Assembly (NCBI GenBank): GCA_965207065.1 | Contig: OZ242260.1 | Location: forward strand, 544,001 to 608,000 | Length of the DNA: 64,000 nt | From: a bacterium | Lineage (GTDB): Bacteria; UBA8248 | Reading direction: 5' to 3' | Made by a program: the position numbers and the translations under genes | Notes under the pieces: model-generated | Seen by the model: the letters and a program-made list of their open reading frames with translations, nothing else | Told to the model about the DNA's origin: nothing | The model's database searches: none | Part shown: positions 39,561-49,214 of the stretch, in pieces | How positions within the stretch are numbered: the stretch's first letter is position 1 | How the letters are laid out: the number at the start of each line of letters is the position of its first letter

Positions 39561-40802
39561 TCAATAAAGATGCACGCGTACTTGCGCTCCTTCGCGCAAC
39601 CCCTCGGCTTCAAGCGGAATCGTGATGTAGCCGTCCGCTTTCGTCATGGTCGATATCATCGCGGAATTGCCCATCAGAGGATGGACGACGCGTCCGTTCT
39701 CACCCTCTTCCAGCGTGACGCGAACAAGGTCTTCACGCCCGGGGGCCGAGGCCACGTTTCTCGAAAGGGTGGCCGCAAGACCTTCTGTTTCCGTTTCGGT
39801 GCGAGCGACCTCACCACTCAACTGCTGTATGACAGGCTGGACAAAAGCGTGAAAAATCATAAGGGCTGAGACCGGATGACCCGGAATACCGATGACGGCC
39901 TTGTCCTCGCCGTCTCTCTCAATTCGTCCAATGATGGTCGGTTTGCCGGGTTTGATGGATATGCCGTGCACAAGAACGCCCGGCTCGCCCAGTGAGTCGA
40001 TGGCCTCGACCGTGTAATCGCGGAGGCCCATAGAGCTTCCGCCGGAGATGAGTACGACATCCGCGTGGCCCACCGCACGCTCCAGGCGCTCTTTGATGAC
40101 GGCCAGATCGTCGGGGAGAATTTCTTCGGTCTGTGGCTCCCCTCCGGCCTCGACCACCCCCGCCGCAAGGGAGAAGCGGTTGATGTCGCGCACCTGACCA
40201 ACGCGCGGAGTCTCGCGCGGGTCGACCAATTCATCGCCTGTGGGGAGTATCGCCACCCGGGGGCGGCGGTGAACCTCGACCGAAGTGACGCCCACGCCCG
40301 CAAGCGCACCCACGTCCTGGCTTCTGAGGCGGGAACCCGCCCCCAGAATCAACTCTTCTTTTTTAAGATCATCACCTATGGCGAGAATGTTTTCGCCCAC
40401 GGCAACGGGACGCCGGGCTTCTAAAGTCTCCGCGTCTGGAGCGGTGGTAAATTCCTCCATCACCACGGCGTCGGCGCCCTCCGGCACCATGCCGCCCGTC
40501 AGGATGCGCGCCGTCTCTCCCCGTCCCACCGAGAACTCCGGCGCCGCCCCCATGGGCACCTGTCCGATTACTTCGAGATAGGCGGGTATGGCCTCGCTCG
40601 CACCGAAAGAATCCGAGGCTCTCAGCGCGTAGCCGTCCATTGTGGCGCGCGGAAAATCTGGCAGATCGACGGGCGAGTAGACGTCACGGGCCAGGACGCG
40701 GCCCACAGCTTCGAAAGAAGACAGGCGCTCCGCCCCCAAGGCGCGGAAACCCTTAAGCGCGCTTTTCGCTTCTTCGGGCGATACGACCTTGAAGAATTCC
40801 AT
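39561..40802 (-). CDS. moeA: Molybdopterin molybdotransferase MoeA
   Basis: RATMDGYA, TGG.VPEGADAVVM, SGGSS.G..D, KPGKP, GIPGHPVS. Confidence 0.93.
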   Translation of the reverse strand: MEFFKVVSPEEAKSALKGFRALGAERLSSFEAVGRVLARDVYSPVDLPDFPRATMDGYALRASDSFGASEAIPAYLEVIGQVPMGAAPEFSVGRGETARILTGGMVPEGADAVVMEEFTTAPDAETLEARRPVAVGENILAIGDDLKKEELILGAGSRLRSQDVGALAGVGVTSVEVHRRPRVAILPTGDELVDPRETPRVGQVRDINRFSLAAGVVEAGGEPQTEEILPDDLAVIKERLERAVGHADVVLISGGSSMGLRDYTVEAIDSLGEPGVLVHGISIKPGKPTIIGRIERDGEDKAVIGIPGHPVSALMIFHAFVQPVIQQLSGEVARTETETEGLAATLSRNVASAPGREDLVRVTLEEGENGRVVHPLMGNSAMISTMTKADGYITIPLEAEGLREGAQVRVHLY

Positions 40803-40988
40803 CGGGTATCTCCAGGAACAAAAAACCAACCGCTGCGCGCGCAGGGCTGGCCATAACTAATACGGACATCATTCGCCCGCCACTTTTTACGAGCGCGGAC
40901 CCGCAATCTCCTATCAGAGGAGACGCCCCGCCGATGAGGAACGAAACGCCTCAGGATTCACGCGCGGAACAGAAGACGAACCGGCTCT

Positions 40989-41189
40989 TCAGCCCTTATC
41001 GCCCTCTCCTGCGGCGGACGCCTCTTTCTTGTCGGGCAGTTCCGGGTCGTCGCTCATCCCCTTCTTGAAGCTCTTGATGCCGCGAGCGAGGCCCGAGCCG
41101 ATCTCGGGCAGGCGCTTCGCGCCGAAGACCAGCACGCATATCGCGAGAATGACCAGAAGCTCGGGAATGCCCATATTCATCGGGAACAT
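40989..41189 (-). CDS. tatA: Twin-arginine translocase subunit TatA/E
   Basis: [29 protein letters not shown]. Confidence 0.95.
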   Translation of the reverse strand: MFPMNMGIPELLVILAICVLVFGAKRLPEIGSGLARGIKSFKKGMSDDPELPDKKEASAAGEGDKG

Positions 41190-41214
41190 CGGCTAAACTC
41201 CTTTGGATGAATGA

Positions 41215-42396
41215 TCAGGAAGCGGCGTCCGCGTACACCTGCGAAGCGGCTCCGACACCATCTCCAGCCTTTGTAATATACCCCAATTTGGAGAAAATTA
41301 CTTCCAGCGCCGAAAGAAGGTAAACCACGTTCGCCTGTGTGGCGCCGTGACCCATCATTCCGATACGCCAGATCTTACCGGCTACCGCGCCCAATCCACC
41401 GCCGATCTCGATGTTGAAATCGTTGAGCAGACTCTTGCGGACGGCGCCATCGTCCATCCCCTCCCGGAGAGCGACTGTGTTGAGCGTGGGCGTGCGCGCG
41501 CCTTCCTGGGCGAACATGGACATTCCGAACGCCTCGACGCCCGCCTGTAACGCCTTGCTCGCCAGGGCGTGCCTCGCAAAGCGCGCCTCCAAGCCTTCAT
41601 CGAAGATGATGCGCAGCGCTTCCCTGATCGCGTAGTTCATCGTAATCGGGCCGGTGTGGTGATAGACGCGCTCGTTGCCCCAGTATTTCTCCACCATACT
41701 CACGTCGAAATACCAGCTCGTGACCTTCGATTTGCGCTCGCGCACCTTGCCGAGCGCGCGCTCGCTGAAGGTGATGGGCGCGACGCCCGGCGGACACGCC
41801 AGGCATTTCTGCGTGCCGCTGTAGGCGACTTCCACCCCCCATTTGTCGAGTTCCACGGGCACGCCGCCGAGCGAGGTGACGCAATCGAGAAGCAAGAGCG
41901 CTCCGTGTTCGCGGCACATCGCTCCGATCTCTTCCATCGGCTGGAGAACGCCCGTGCTCGTTTCCGCATGGACGACCCCGACCATCACCGCATCGGGATT
42001 GGCATCCAGCGCGGCCTTCACGTCCTGGGGATCGATGGGCTGCCCCCAAGGGGCCTCCACGGTGACGACATCCGCCCCGTAGCGGGAAGCAACGTCGCTC
42101 ATGCGTCCGCCGAACACGCCGTTCACGCAGACGATGGCCTTATCGCCAGGCTCGATGATGTTGCAGACGGACGCCTCCATCGCAGCGCTGCCCGTACCCG
42201 ATACGGGGAAAGTCACCTGGTTCTCGGTGTTGAAAAGCGCACGCAGCATCCCCTGGCAGTCGTCCATCACCGCCAGAAAATCGGGGTCCAAGTGTCCCAC
42301 CACGTGGGTGCTCATGGCTTTCAGGATTCTCGGGTGAACCGGGCTCGGCCCCGGCCCCAGCAATAAACGCAGATGCGGATTCAACTCTTCAGACAA
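41215..42396 (-). CDS. Alanine-glyoxylate/serine-pyruvate aminotransferase (class V PLP enzyme)
   Basis: LLLGPGPS, SGTGSAAME, VHAETSTG, DCVTS, SGTQKCL, YHHT, WRIG.MG; TTG start after GAGGG. Confidence 0.92.
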   Translation of the reverse strand: MSEELNPHLRLLLGPGPSPVHPRILKAMSTHVVGHLDPDFLAVMDDCQGMLRALFNTENQVTFPVSGTGSAAMEASVCNIIEPGDKAIVCVNGVFGGRMSDVASRYGADVVTVEAPWGQPIDPQDVKAALDANPDAVMVGVVHAETSTGVLQPMEEIGAMCREHGALLLLDCVTSLGGVPVELDKWGVEVAYSGTQKCLACPPGVAPITFSERALGKVRERKSKVTSWYFDVSMVEKYWGNERVYHHTGPITMNYAIREALRIIFDEGLEARFARHALASKALQAGVEAFGMSMFAQEGARTPTLNTVALREGMDDGAVRKSLLNDFNIEIGGGLGAVAGKIWRIGMMGHGATQANVVYLLSALEVIFSKLGYITKAGDGVGAASQVYADAAS

Positions 42397-42588
42397 GACT
42401 TTTCCCTCGCTCGAATCAGGTATTTGGAATGGATGAGAAGCCTCTGACCATCGCACAAAGCCCCTCGTTCCGAATTGCGACCGCGAGATACTACCACACG
42501 CCCCCACACCCGCAAAGGGGAGTGGGGAGTGTGGTATTCCTATAATCATATACTTTACAAATTATTGCGTGATAAGTAGTGTCGGGCC

Positions 42589-43026
42589 ATGAAATGGACA
42601 CGATTCGTAGTATCGCTTGCATCAAGCATTTTCTCTTTTGACATTGGCGCACTAGAAGATCTGCTTGCCATGTTTTTTGGGAAGAAGTCTCTTCGCATTG
42701 GCAGGCTAAGAAAACTCTATCCCAAAATCATTAAGCTTAGAGATAACTTGGTTTCCGGGGAAGATTCCTATGTGGATATCGACCGGGATGAGACGCATAT
42801 TGATCCTGGCAGTTCTCCAACTCCAATATCGATTAGCTTTTACTCAAAAGCAAAAGAGCTTTCCTACACTTTGGATAAACTCAAAATTCCATATCCCAAT
42901 CTAATCGAAAAAGATGTGTATTCTCAAGAAAATTGGCGTTATTTCCTCATTGAATTGGCACCTTTGGCAGAAGCCAACAACTTGTTTGCTGCGCAAGACT
43001 TATTAAAAGGAGAGGACAATGAATGA
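42589..43026 (+). CDS. Hypothetical protein (AT-rich islet)
   Basis: 145-aa ORF with visibly lower GC than the flanks; no motif recognised. Confidence 0.55.
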   Translation: MKWTRFVVSLASSIFSFDIGALEDLLAMFFGKKSLRIGRLRKLYPKIIKLRDNLVSGEDSYVDIDRDETHIDPGSSPTPISISFYSKAKELSYTLDKLKIPYPNLIEKDVYSQENWRYFLIELAPLAEANNLFAAQDLLKGEDNE

Positions 43027-43259
43027 ACGAGTGATCCGACACGAAATCAAACTGTAAAAAATCCGTCATCTTCATTCTCGCTGTGCTTGCGTTAAGTGTC
43101 TTCGCTATAGCGTTCATGCCTTTATTCAGTGTGAAGAATGCCCTGGCGAAGTTACAGCATGGAGACAAGTTAAAATTGGAAGTGTCTGGTGCTTTAAGCC
43201 ACCAAATCGGCCAAATGCCCAGATATTTCACCATTACATGTAAAGGATGCGGGGATTAG
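43019..43259 (+). pseudogene. Disrupted small membrane/exported protein
   Basis: GGAGAGG RBS, MNERVIRHEIKL then stop/frameshift, continuing in another frame as KSVIFILAVLALSVFAIAFMPLFSVKNALA...CKGCGD. Confidence 0.4.
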
Positions 43260-43303
43260 GTGAAATCTCTTTACCCCACTAGCCTTTTACTCATGGGGAT
43301 TTG

Positions 43304-43453
43304 GTTCCACGCCTTGTTTGAGCGTGTTTTTGAGAATGCTAGGTTCTTACGATTGTCGTATCGCCATACCTATTTCTTGATGTAGCGCTCCATGTGCCCG
43401 ATGCCTATTTTGTGAAAGGCAACCAATAGAGATTATTTTAACAGCGGCCACAC
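43304..43453 (-). mobile_element. IS1595-family (ISXO2-like DDE) transposase C-terminal relic
   Basis: Translation VWPLLK*SLLVAFHKIGIGHMERYIKK*VWRYDNRKN fits the W..LKR...G.FH..S..HL.RY..E..WR.N.R pattern; two in-frame stops (43435, 43372). Confidence 0.75.
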
Positions 43454-43556
43454 AGCCCACTATGTCTACAAATGTAGAATTCCGCTACCAGTGGGATTTA
43501 CACTAAAGTAGTAAAATTACTCCCCCAGTCCCATCGTGCATATAGGAACAACACTA

Positions 43557-44186
43557 ATGACGAAAGAAGAATTACAGCGCGAGTTCGAGACGCTTCGTAA
43601 TCAGGCAATATATCTGATTCAGACATTCAACACCTACAATGATTTGTTCGAGGCCAGTGATGAAGTAGAGCGTGTCTTAAGAAAATCGGCGGAAAGGTTT
43701 TTCGGCGACATAAACACGATAATGATTGAATATATGATCTTGGTAGTTTGCCGACTAACAGACCCTCCAACAACATCCGGCAAACCCAATCTGACAATTC
43801 CACACATGAATAAACTACTGTGTAAAGATGGATTTTTTAGTTCGGAGATCAGAAAGCTAAGCGACAGGATTATGGCTTACAGAAAACTTTTGGAACCCGT
43901 ACGGAACAAAATCGTCGCGCACATAGATCGAGACACGTACATCAAAGACTTGACTCTTGGCGGCCATTCAAAAGAAGAAATGACACGGTTTTTCGAGAAT
44001 GACCTGTTGCAGTATTTCGATAAAGTAGCAGAAGCCATTGACGTCACACCTATACTCGACTTGAACACTCGCTGTAGCGGAGATGCGCTCGACCTCCGTA
44101 AAACATTGAAGCGAGGATTGATCGCCGAGAAATTGATCGAGAAAAATCCCAAAATAGCATTATACTTTCTTGAAAACTCACCCTAG
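43557..44186 (+). CDS. HEPN domain protein (AbiU2-like)
   Basis: FF..I...M....IL..CRLTDP.....NLTI and the RNKIVAH (Rx5H) HEPN motif. Confidence 0.7.
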   Translation: MTKEELQREFETLRNQAIYLIQTFNTYNDLFEASDEVERVLRKSAERFFGDINTIMIEYMILVVCRLTDPPTTSGKPNLTIPHMNKLLCKDGFFSSEIRKLSDRIMAYRKLLEPVRNKIVAHIDRDTYIKDLTLGGHSKEEMTRFFENDLLQYFDKVAEAIDVTPILDLNTRCSGDALDLRKTLKRGLIAEKLIEKNPKIALYFLENSP

Positions 44187-44335
44187 ATACGAGGGCGAGG
44201 AAGATAGACAACATGCACGGATTGTTGCGCGACACTATCATGTCAACGAATTATGAAACGATAAAAGCAAAGATTCGGACACTATTGATACATTTGCCAA
44301 GTGCAACGTTGCGAATCGGCTGGATACTGGCGGTT

Positions 44336-44779
44336 TCAGGCCTGCTTTCGGGGATAAAGAGCATGGTCGGGGTCGATCCACACGACGAAAAAGGTGTCCA
44401 AAAGCAAAAACCCGTGAACGCGCCCATGCTCGTTCGCGGTGAGTTGGAACTGCCACGCCTGCTCGGCGCGAAGCTGCTCGTTGAGGGCGCGAAACCCTTG
44501 GGGTTCTGTGGTCTCGCGAAAATCAATCGGGTGTGCGCGCAAGGCCCTCGATCTGTTCGTCCGAAATTCTTTTGCGGTCAGGCGCGATAAATCTCTCAGT
44601 CTCTCCAGAAATGTATGCAGATACCCGTCCCGGCAACGCTTAAGACTGAATTTTGCATTGCCTACGAGATCCAGATACTTTAAAGAGAACCGGAGCGAAT
44701 CCGCGTCAGGCGGCGGTGAGGCAGGCGGAATGCTCCGGGCGAGACGCGGAATCCTACCTCTCTTGATTTTCTTCGCCAT
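44336..44779 (-). CDS. Putative toxin paired with Panacea antitoxin (RelE/MAG6450-like)
   Basis: FSLKYLD, H.I.F, QF.L....GRVHGF....FFVVWIDP.H.LYP; overlaps the antitoxin 3' end. Confidence 0.6.
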   Translation of the reverse strand: MAKKIKRGRIPRLARSIPPASPPPDADSLRFSLKYLDLVGNAKFSLKRCRDGYLHTFLERLRDLSRLTAKEFRTNRSRALRAHPIDFRETTEPQGFRALNEQLRAEQAWQFQLTANEHGRVHGFLLLDTFFVVWIDPDHALYPRKQA

Positions 44780-45221
44780 CGACCCTCGCCTTATAGTAAT
44801 CCCTCATATCTTCATGAGAGATCACGTTATTCGACGGGGCATCCGGCGGCAGACCCCCACGCGCGTTTCGCCAAGGGTCCTCTTGATGGGTAAGTTTTTC
44901 CAGATCGTAGGCGGTCAGCCCTCCGTACACGTCTATGACTTCGTCGATGTGGTCCCGCGTCCGCGAATCAAACTCTTCTTCCTCAGATTCAATGTCGATT
45001 GGCCGCCACGACCACGCTTTGTATATCCCATAAACCGACGGCACGACAGGGCCATGAACCCACGCTTCGATGGGATCGCCGAACAATGGCGCGTCATACA
45101 GCGCAAGATGCCACGCCTGCGCGTAGTAGAGCAGCTTTTGCAGCTTCAGATTAGAAATGGGGTCACCGTGCTCGTGCGAGAATCCGATTATGCCTTGAGC
45201 GACCTGATTTGCGCTCTTCAT
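44754..45221 (-). CDS. Panacea (DUF4065/SocA-like) antitoxin
   Basis: ISNLKLQKLLYYAQ, IEAWVHGPVVPSVY, L..LTH.E.PW..AR. Confidence 0.9.
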   Translation of the reverse strand: MKSANQVAQGIIGFSHEHGDPISNLKLQKLLYYAQAWHLALYDAPLFGDPIEAWVHGPVVPSVYGIYKAWSWRPIDIESEEEEFDSRTRDHIDEVIDVYGGLTAYDLEKLTHQEDPWRNARGGLPPDAPSNNVISHEDMRDYYKARVDGEENQER

Positions 45222-45329
45222 TTCAATATCCCTTCCGAGGCGGCGCGAGTGAACCGGGTGTGGAACGGATTCACTCTTGCTTCGTCCATAAAACCACTTC
45301 GAGCCGGAATGTTCAAGCGTGTCCTACTC

Positions 45330-45833
45330 TTACTCCCCGTCCAATGCGATGTTGTCGTAGTCCGGAATGGCGCCCATGCCCTTCTTGGCGGCCATGGATT
45401 TGCGCTCGTATTCCATCACGAGCTCTCCGCGCTGGTTGTAGGCGCGCGTCTTGATGGTGACGACCCCGCGGTCGGGCCTGCTCTTCGACTCGCGCTTGTC
45501 GAGAATCTCAGATTCCGAATAGAGCGTATCGCCCGCGAAGACGGGAGCGGGCATCTTGATGTAGGTCCACTCCAGGTTCGCCACCGAGCGGTAGGAGGTG
45601 TCGGTGACCGTCATGCCGGCCACGACGGCCAGCGTGAGCGCTGAATTCACCAGCGGCTTTCCGAACTGGGTCTTCGACGCATAGTGGGCGTCGAAATGAA
45701 TCGGGTGGGTGTTGTTCGTCAGCAGAGTGAACCAGGTGTTGTCTGATTCGAGTATGGTGCGGCCCGGCCTGTGCTTGATGACCTCGCCCACCACGAAATC
45801 CTCGAACCAGCGTCCCATTTGAAAATCAGGCAT
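45330..45833 (-). CDS. MaoC family dehydratase
   Basis: GRWFEDF.VG, GRTI..DN..F..LT.N.HP.HFD, PVF.GDTLY.ES; GAGGAG RBS. Confidence 0.9.
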   Translation of the reverse strand: MPDFQMGRWFEDFVVGEVIKHRPGRTILESDNTWFTLLTNNTHPIHFDAHYASKTQFGKPLVNSALTLAVVAGMTVTDTSYRSVANLEWTYIKMPAPVFAGDTLYSESEILDKRESKSRPDRGVVTIKTRAYNQRGELVMEYERKSMAAKKGMGAIPDYDNIALDGE

Positions 45834-45918
45834 TGTCATTCTCCTCGTTCGCGCCCATCCACACGCAGGGCATAAACCAGGAATGCGCCCTATCGCGCGG
45901 TGGATGATGCTCACCTCT

Positions 45919-47070
45919 CTAGGCGGGGTATTGCTCCAGAAGCCTCTTGGCGATGATGAGGCGCTGAATCTCGTTCGAGCCTTCTCCCACCACCAGGAGT
46001 TTCGAATCCCGGAAATAGCGCTCCACGGGCAACTCCTGGATGTAGCCCATGCCGCCATGGACCTGAATGGCCTCGCTCGCGCAGAACTCCGCCGTCTCGG
46101 ACGCAAAGAACTTGGCCATGCCGGCTTCGAGGTCACAACGCTTGCCCTGGGCCTTCAGGTTCGCCGCATGATACGTCATGAGCTTCGCCGCGTGGATGCG
46201 CGTTCCCATTTCGGCAAGTTTCGCCTGTATCAGCTGATGACCCGCCAGCGGCTTGCCGAACGTCTCGCGCTGCTGGGAATAACGCATCGAATCCTCGAAT
46301 GCCGCGCGGGCGAGACCCACGCTGCGCGCCGCCACGTTGACGCGGCCGCCCTCAAGCCCGCTCATGATCATCGGAAAACCCTCGTTCTCCTGGCCGAGCA
46401 GGTTTTCGAGCGGTACACGCGCGTCCTCGAAAACCAGCTCGCTCGTGCGGATGCCCCGGTAACCCATCTTCTTGAGATGCCTGCTCACCTGAAAGCCGGG
46501 CGTTCCCTTGTGTACGAGGATGCAGGAGATGCCCTTCGTTTTCGATTTTTCCGGGTCGGTGCGCGCGAACACGCTGAACATCGTGCCGTGCTCGGCGTTC
46601 GAGATGAACATCTTGGAGCCGTTCATCACCCACTGGTCGTCTTCTCGCACCGCACGCGTCTTGAGAGCGGCGGCGTCGGAACCCGAACCCGGCTCGGTGA
46701 GCGCCATGCCCGAGTGCCACTCGCCGGTGGCCATCTTGGGCAGATAGGTTTTTTTCTGCTCATCCGTCCCGTAGTTCAGAATCATCCAGGCGGTCATCAT
46801 GTGCGTGCCGAGGATGCCGGCCACGCTCATCCAGCCGACGGAGAGCTCTTCCATGGCGATGGCGTAGCACACTTCGTCCATGCCGCTCCCGCCGTATTCC
46901 TCTGGTATCGTAAAACCGAAAAAGCCCAGTTCCTGCATCTTCTCCACGATGGGCGTGGGGTATTTGTCGGCGAGTTCGTATTCCATGGCGATGGGCATGA
47001 TCTCGCGGTCCACGAATTCCTTCATCATCCGCTGGACGCTCGTCTGTAGTTCGGTAAACTGGAAATGCAA
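45919..47070 (-). CDS. Acyl-CoA dehydrogenase
   Basis: ALTEPGSGSD, NGSKMFISN, RETFGKP, QVHGGMGY, GEGSNEIQR. Confidence 0.93.
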   Translation of the reverse strand: MHFQFTELQTSVQRMMKEFVDREIMPIAMEYELADKYPTPIVEKMQELGFFGFTIPEEYGGSGMDEVCYAIAMEELSVGWMSVAGILGTHMMTAWMILNYGTDEQKKTYLPKMATGEWHSGMALTEPGSGSDAAALKTRAVREDDQWVMNGSKMFISNAEHGTMFSVFARTDPEKSKTKGISCILVHKGTPGFQVSRHLKKMGYRGIRTSELVFEDARVPLENLLGQENEGFPMIMSGLEGGRVNVAARSVGLARAAFEDSMRYSQQRETFGKPLAGHQLIQAKLAEMGTRIHAAKLMTYHAANLKAQGKRCDLEAGMAKFFASETAEFCASEAIQVHGGMGYIQELPVERYFRDSKLLVVGEGSNEIQRLIIAKRLLEQYPA

Positions 47071-47116
47071 GGGATGTTCCCTCCTGAATTTAAATGGCCG
47101 AAATTTCCGCCAAGTA

Positions 47117-48295
47117 TTAAATCACGCCGTCGCGGCGCAAGTCCGCCACGTCGTCCGGGGAGTAGCCGAGCTTTTCGAGCACCTCTTCGGTATGGGCGCT
47201 CAGGCCCGGCGGGTGTTCGAGCCTGGGCGTCATTTCGCTGAATTTCACCGGAAAGCGGCACATTTTCAAATTTCCGTATTCGCCTTCCACCTCGGGGAAA
47301 ATCTCGCGGTGCGCCGTCTGGGGATGATCGCACACCTCTCCCAGATCGTTCACCGCTCCGCAGGGAACACCCGCCTCCAGAAAAATCTTCCGCCATTCCT
47401 CGCGCTCTTTGGTAGCGAGGATCGGCAGCAACTGTTCGAGCAGCGCATCTTTGTTCTCGTGCCTGTCGGCGTTGGTCGCGAAGCGCGGGTCGTCCACCCA
47501 TTCGGGGTGCCCGAGGACCCCGGCGAACAGCCGCCAGGTGTTCTCGTTGCCGCAGGCGACGCCGATGAGCTTTCCCCCCTTGGCGGGGTAGGCCCCGTAA
47601 GGCGCGAGAAAATGATGACCCACGCCCACGCGGCTCGGCTTGTTACCGTGCAGATAATAGTGAAAATGGAAATAGCCCTGCATGCTCACCATGCAGTCGA
47701 ACATCGAGACGTCGAGTTCCTGGCCCTCGCCCGTCTGGTCGCGCTGCCTGAGCGCCATCATCGCGCCCAGGGCGACGAAAAGCCCCGTCACCCCGTCGCA
47801 GATGGAATGGGCCATTTTCGCGGGGGATTCGGGCGGGCCCGTCATCTCCATGATGCCCGCTTCGGCCTGAATGAGGCCGTCGAACGCCTTCATGTCGCGG
47901 TAGGGGCCGTCCTGCCCGTAGCCCGAGGTGTGGACGTAGATGATGTCGGGCTTTATCTTCTTCACTTCCTCATACCCGAAACCGAGCCTGTCGATCGCGC
48001 CGGGGCTGAAGTTTTCGAGAAAAACGTCCGCGCTCTCGAGCATCTCCCGTAAAATTTTCTTGCCGCGCTCGTTTTTCAGGTTCAGCGTAACGCTCTTCTT
48101 GTTGGGGTTCACCCAGAAGTGCACCGCCCCCTCGCCGAAGACCGCATCGTCCCAGAGCCGCACCATGTCGCCCGTTTCCGGGACCTCGACTTTCAGGACC
48201 TCCGCGCCGAAATCGGCCAGATGGCGCAGCCCCACCGGCCCGCTGATGGATACCCCCAGCGATACGATTCGAACGCCATCGAGCGGAAGCGCCAT
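47117..48295 (-). CDS. CaiB/BaiF family CoA-transferase
   Basis: PLDGVRI, LADFGAEVLKVE, NKKSVTLNLK, ENFSPG, SGYGQDGPY. Confidence 0.92.
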   Translation of the reverse strand: MALPLDGVRIVSLGVSISGPVGLRHLADFGAEVLKVEVPETGDMVRLWDDAVFGEGAVHFWVNPNKKSVTLNLKNERGKKILREMLESADVFLENFSPGAIDRLGFGYEEVKKIKPDIIYVHTSGYGQDGPYRDMKAFDGLIQAEAGIMEMTGPPESPAKMAHSICDGVTGLFVALGAMMALRQRDQTGEGQELDVSMFDCMVSMQGYFHFHYYLHGNKPSRVGVGHHFLAPYGAYPAKGGKLIGVACGNENTWRLFAGVLGHPEWVDDPRFATNADRHENKDALLEQLLPILATKEREEWRKIFLEAGVPCGAVNDLGEVCDHPQTAHREIFPEVEGEYGNLKMCRFPVKFSEMTPRLEHPPGLSAHTEEVLEKLGYSPDDVADLRRDGVI

Positions 48296-48578
48296 TTTAC
48301 GACTCCTCGAAAAAGTGCGTCCCTAAAACGAGGCGACGGGCGCGGCGACGGCCGATCCCATGCCTTCGCGACTCATGCGGTTTCCCGACGAATGGGTCCA
48401 TGCGAAACCACGAAAGGAGCCATGACAATACACCATCGATTTTATGGATGACAAGGTGGGGGGGGTCAAAACCGAGCGGGGGAGCGAGGGATTGCCGCGA
48501 TTCAAGAATGAGGGAATGCCAAGCGAGGAGGGAGCAATGAATTCACCCGACAGATGAGAGATGGAATGTTTCTATGAA

Positions 48579-48630
48579 GTAGGGACAGGTCGCGACCAGT
48601 GGGACAGCCCCTAAGAAGGGCTGTCCCTAC
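48579..48630. repeat. GTAG-type REP-like palindromic element
   Basis: GTAGGGACAG...CTGTCCCTAC terminal inverted repeat enclosing GGTCGCGACC and GGGACAGCCC/GGGCTGTCCC hairpins. Confidence 0.75.
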
Positions 48631-48684
48631 AGACGAAAACTGATGCCAGGAGGGATAATTGCAATACACCCAGCCCGAAACACA

Positions 48685-48873
48685 TCAGATATTCCGATAC
48701 CCACTCTCGCGATCTTCACGAATGAGGACTTCCGAAGGAATCCGTACGCGGCCTTTCGTCTTCTCCCGGTGTTTCAGAGACAACTCCAGGAAGGATTTGC
48801 GCTTCGCCGTTATGTCGTCCTCAGCAGCGTCGAGACTAGGACGCGGCGCCTCATTCTCATGCTTGCTCATCAC
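48685..48873 (-). CDS. Short protein resembling the C-terminal half of a FitA/VapB-type antitoxin
   Basis: REKTKGRVRIPSEVLIREDRE; no RHH N-terminus, no PIN toxin nearby; ATGA-coupled to the upstream ORF. Confidence 0.4.
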   Translation of the reverse strand: MMSKHENEAPRPSLDAAEDDITAKRKSFLELSLKHREKTKGRVRIPSEVLIREDRESGYRNI

Positions 48874-49214
48874 CCCTCCCCCGCTTCGTCAAGGTAAGCC
48901 TGGAAATCTCCGCTGGTCTGCGAGATGAAGGCCACGGCGCGGTCGAGCGCGATGAACTCCATGTCCCCGGGATCGTCGTCCACCTCGTCTCTGAGCTCGG
49001 TGAGGACGCCCAGATATTCCCCGGCCCTGGGTCCTGCGGCGGTATCTTTTTTCTCGCTCGGCGCCATCTCCTTCTCCACGAAATCCGCGAACGGACCCAC
49101 CTCGTAGGAGATGAAGCAGAACATGTGATAAAGCGCCTTCTCCTCGACGCCCCCCTCGCCCTGCGCGTCTTTTCTCAGTTCGTTCAGCTTCGCCAAAACG
49201 GGTTCGTGCTTCAA
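48870..49214 (-). CDS. Hypothetical protein with internal duplication
   Basis: AAGGAG RBS with TTG start; halves L..L.ELR......E..AL.....FIS....F. Confidence 0.7.
   Translation of the reverse strand: MKHEPVLAKLNELRKDAQGEGGVEEKALYHMFCFISYEVGPFADFVEKEMAPSEKKDTAAGPRAGEYLGVLTELRDEVDDDPGDMEFIALDRAVAFISQTSGDFQAYLDEAGEG

Noticed and set aside
43023-43259. ATG AAC GAG TGA read-through as a third selenoprotein
   Set aside because: The TGA is not in a redox motif and has no convincing SECIS; the region is better explained as a decayed ORF.
43464-43481. TCTAC/GTAGA stem resembling a Cas12a direct repeat
   Set aside because: Single copy, adjacent to an IS relic, no array or cas gene.
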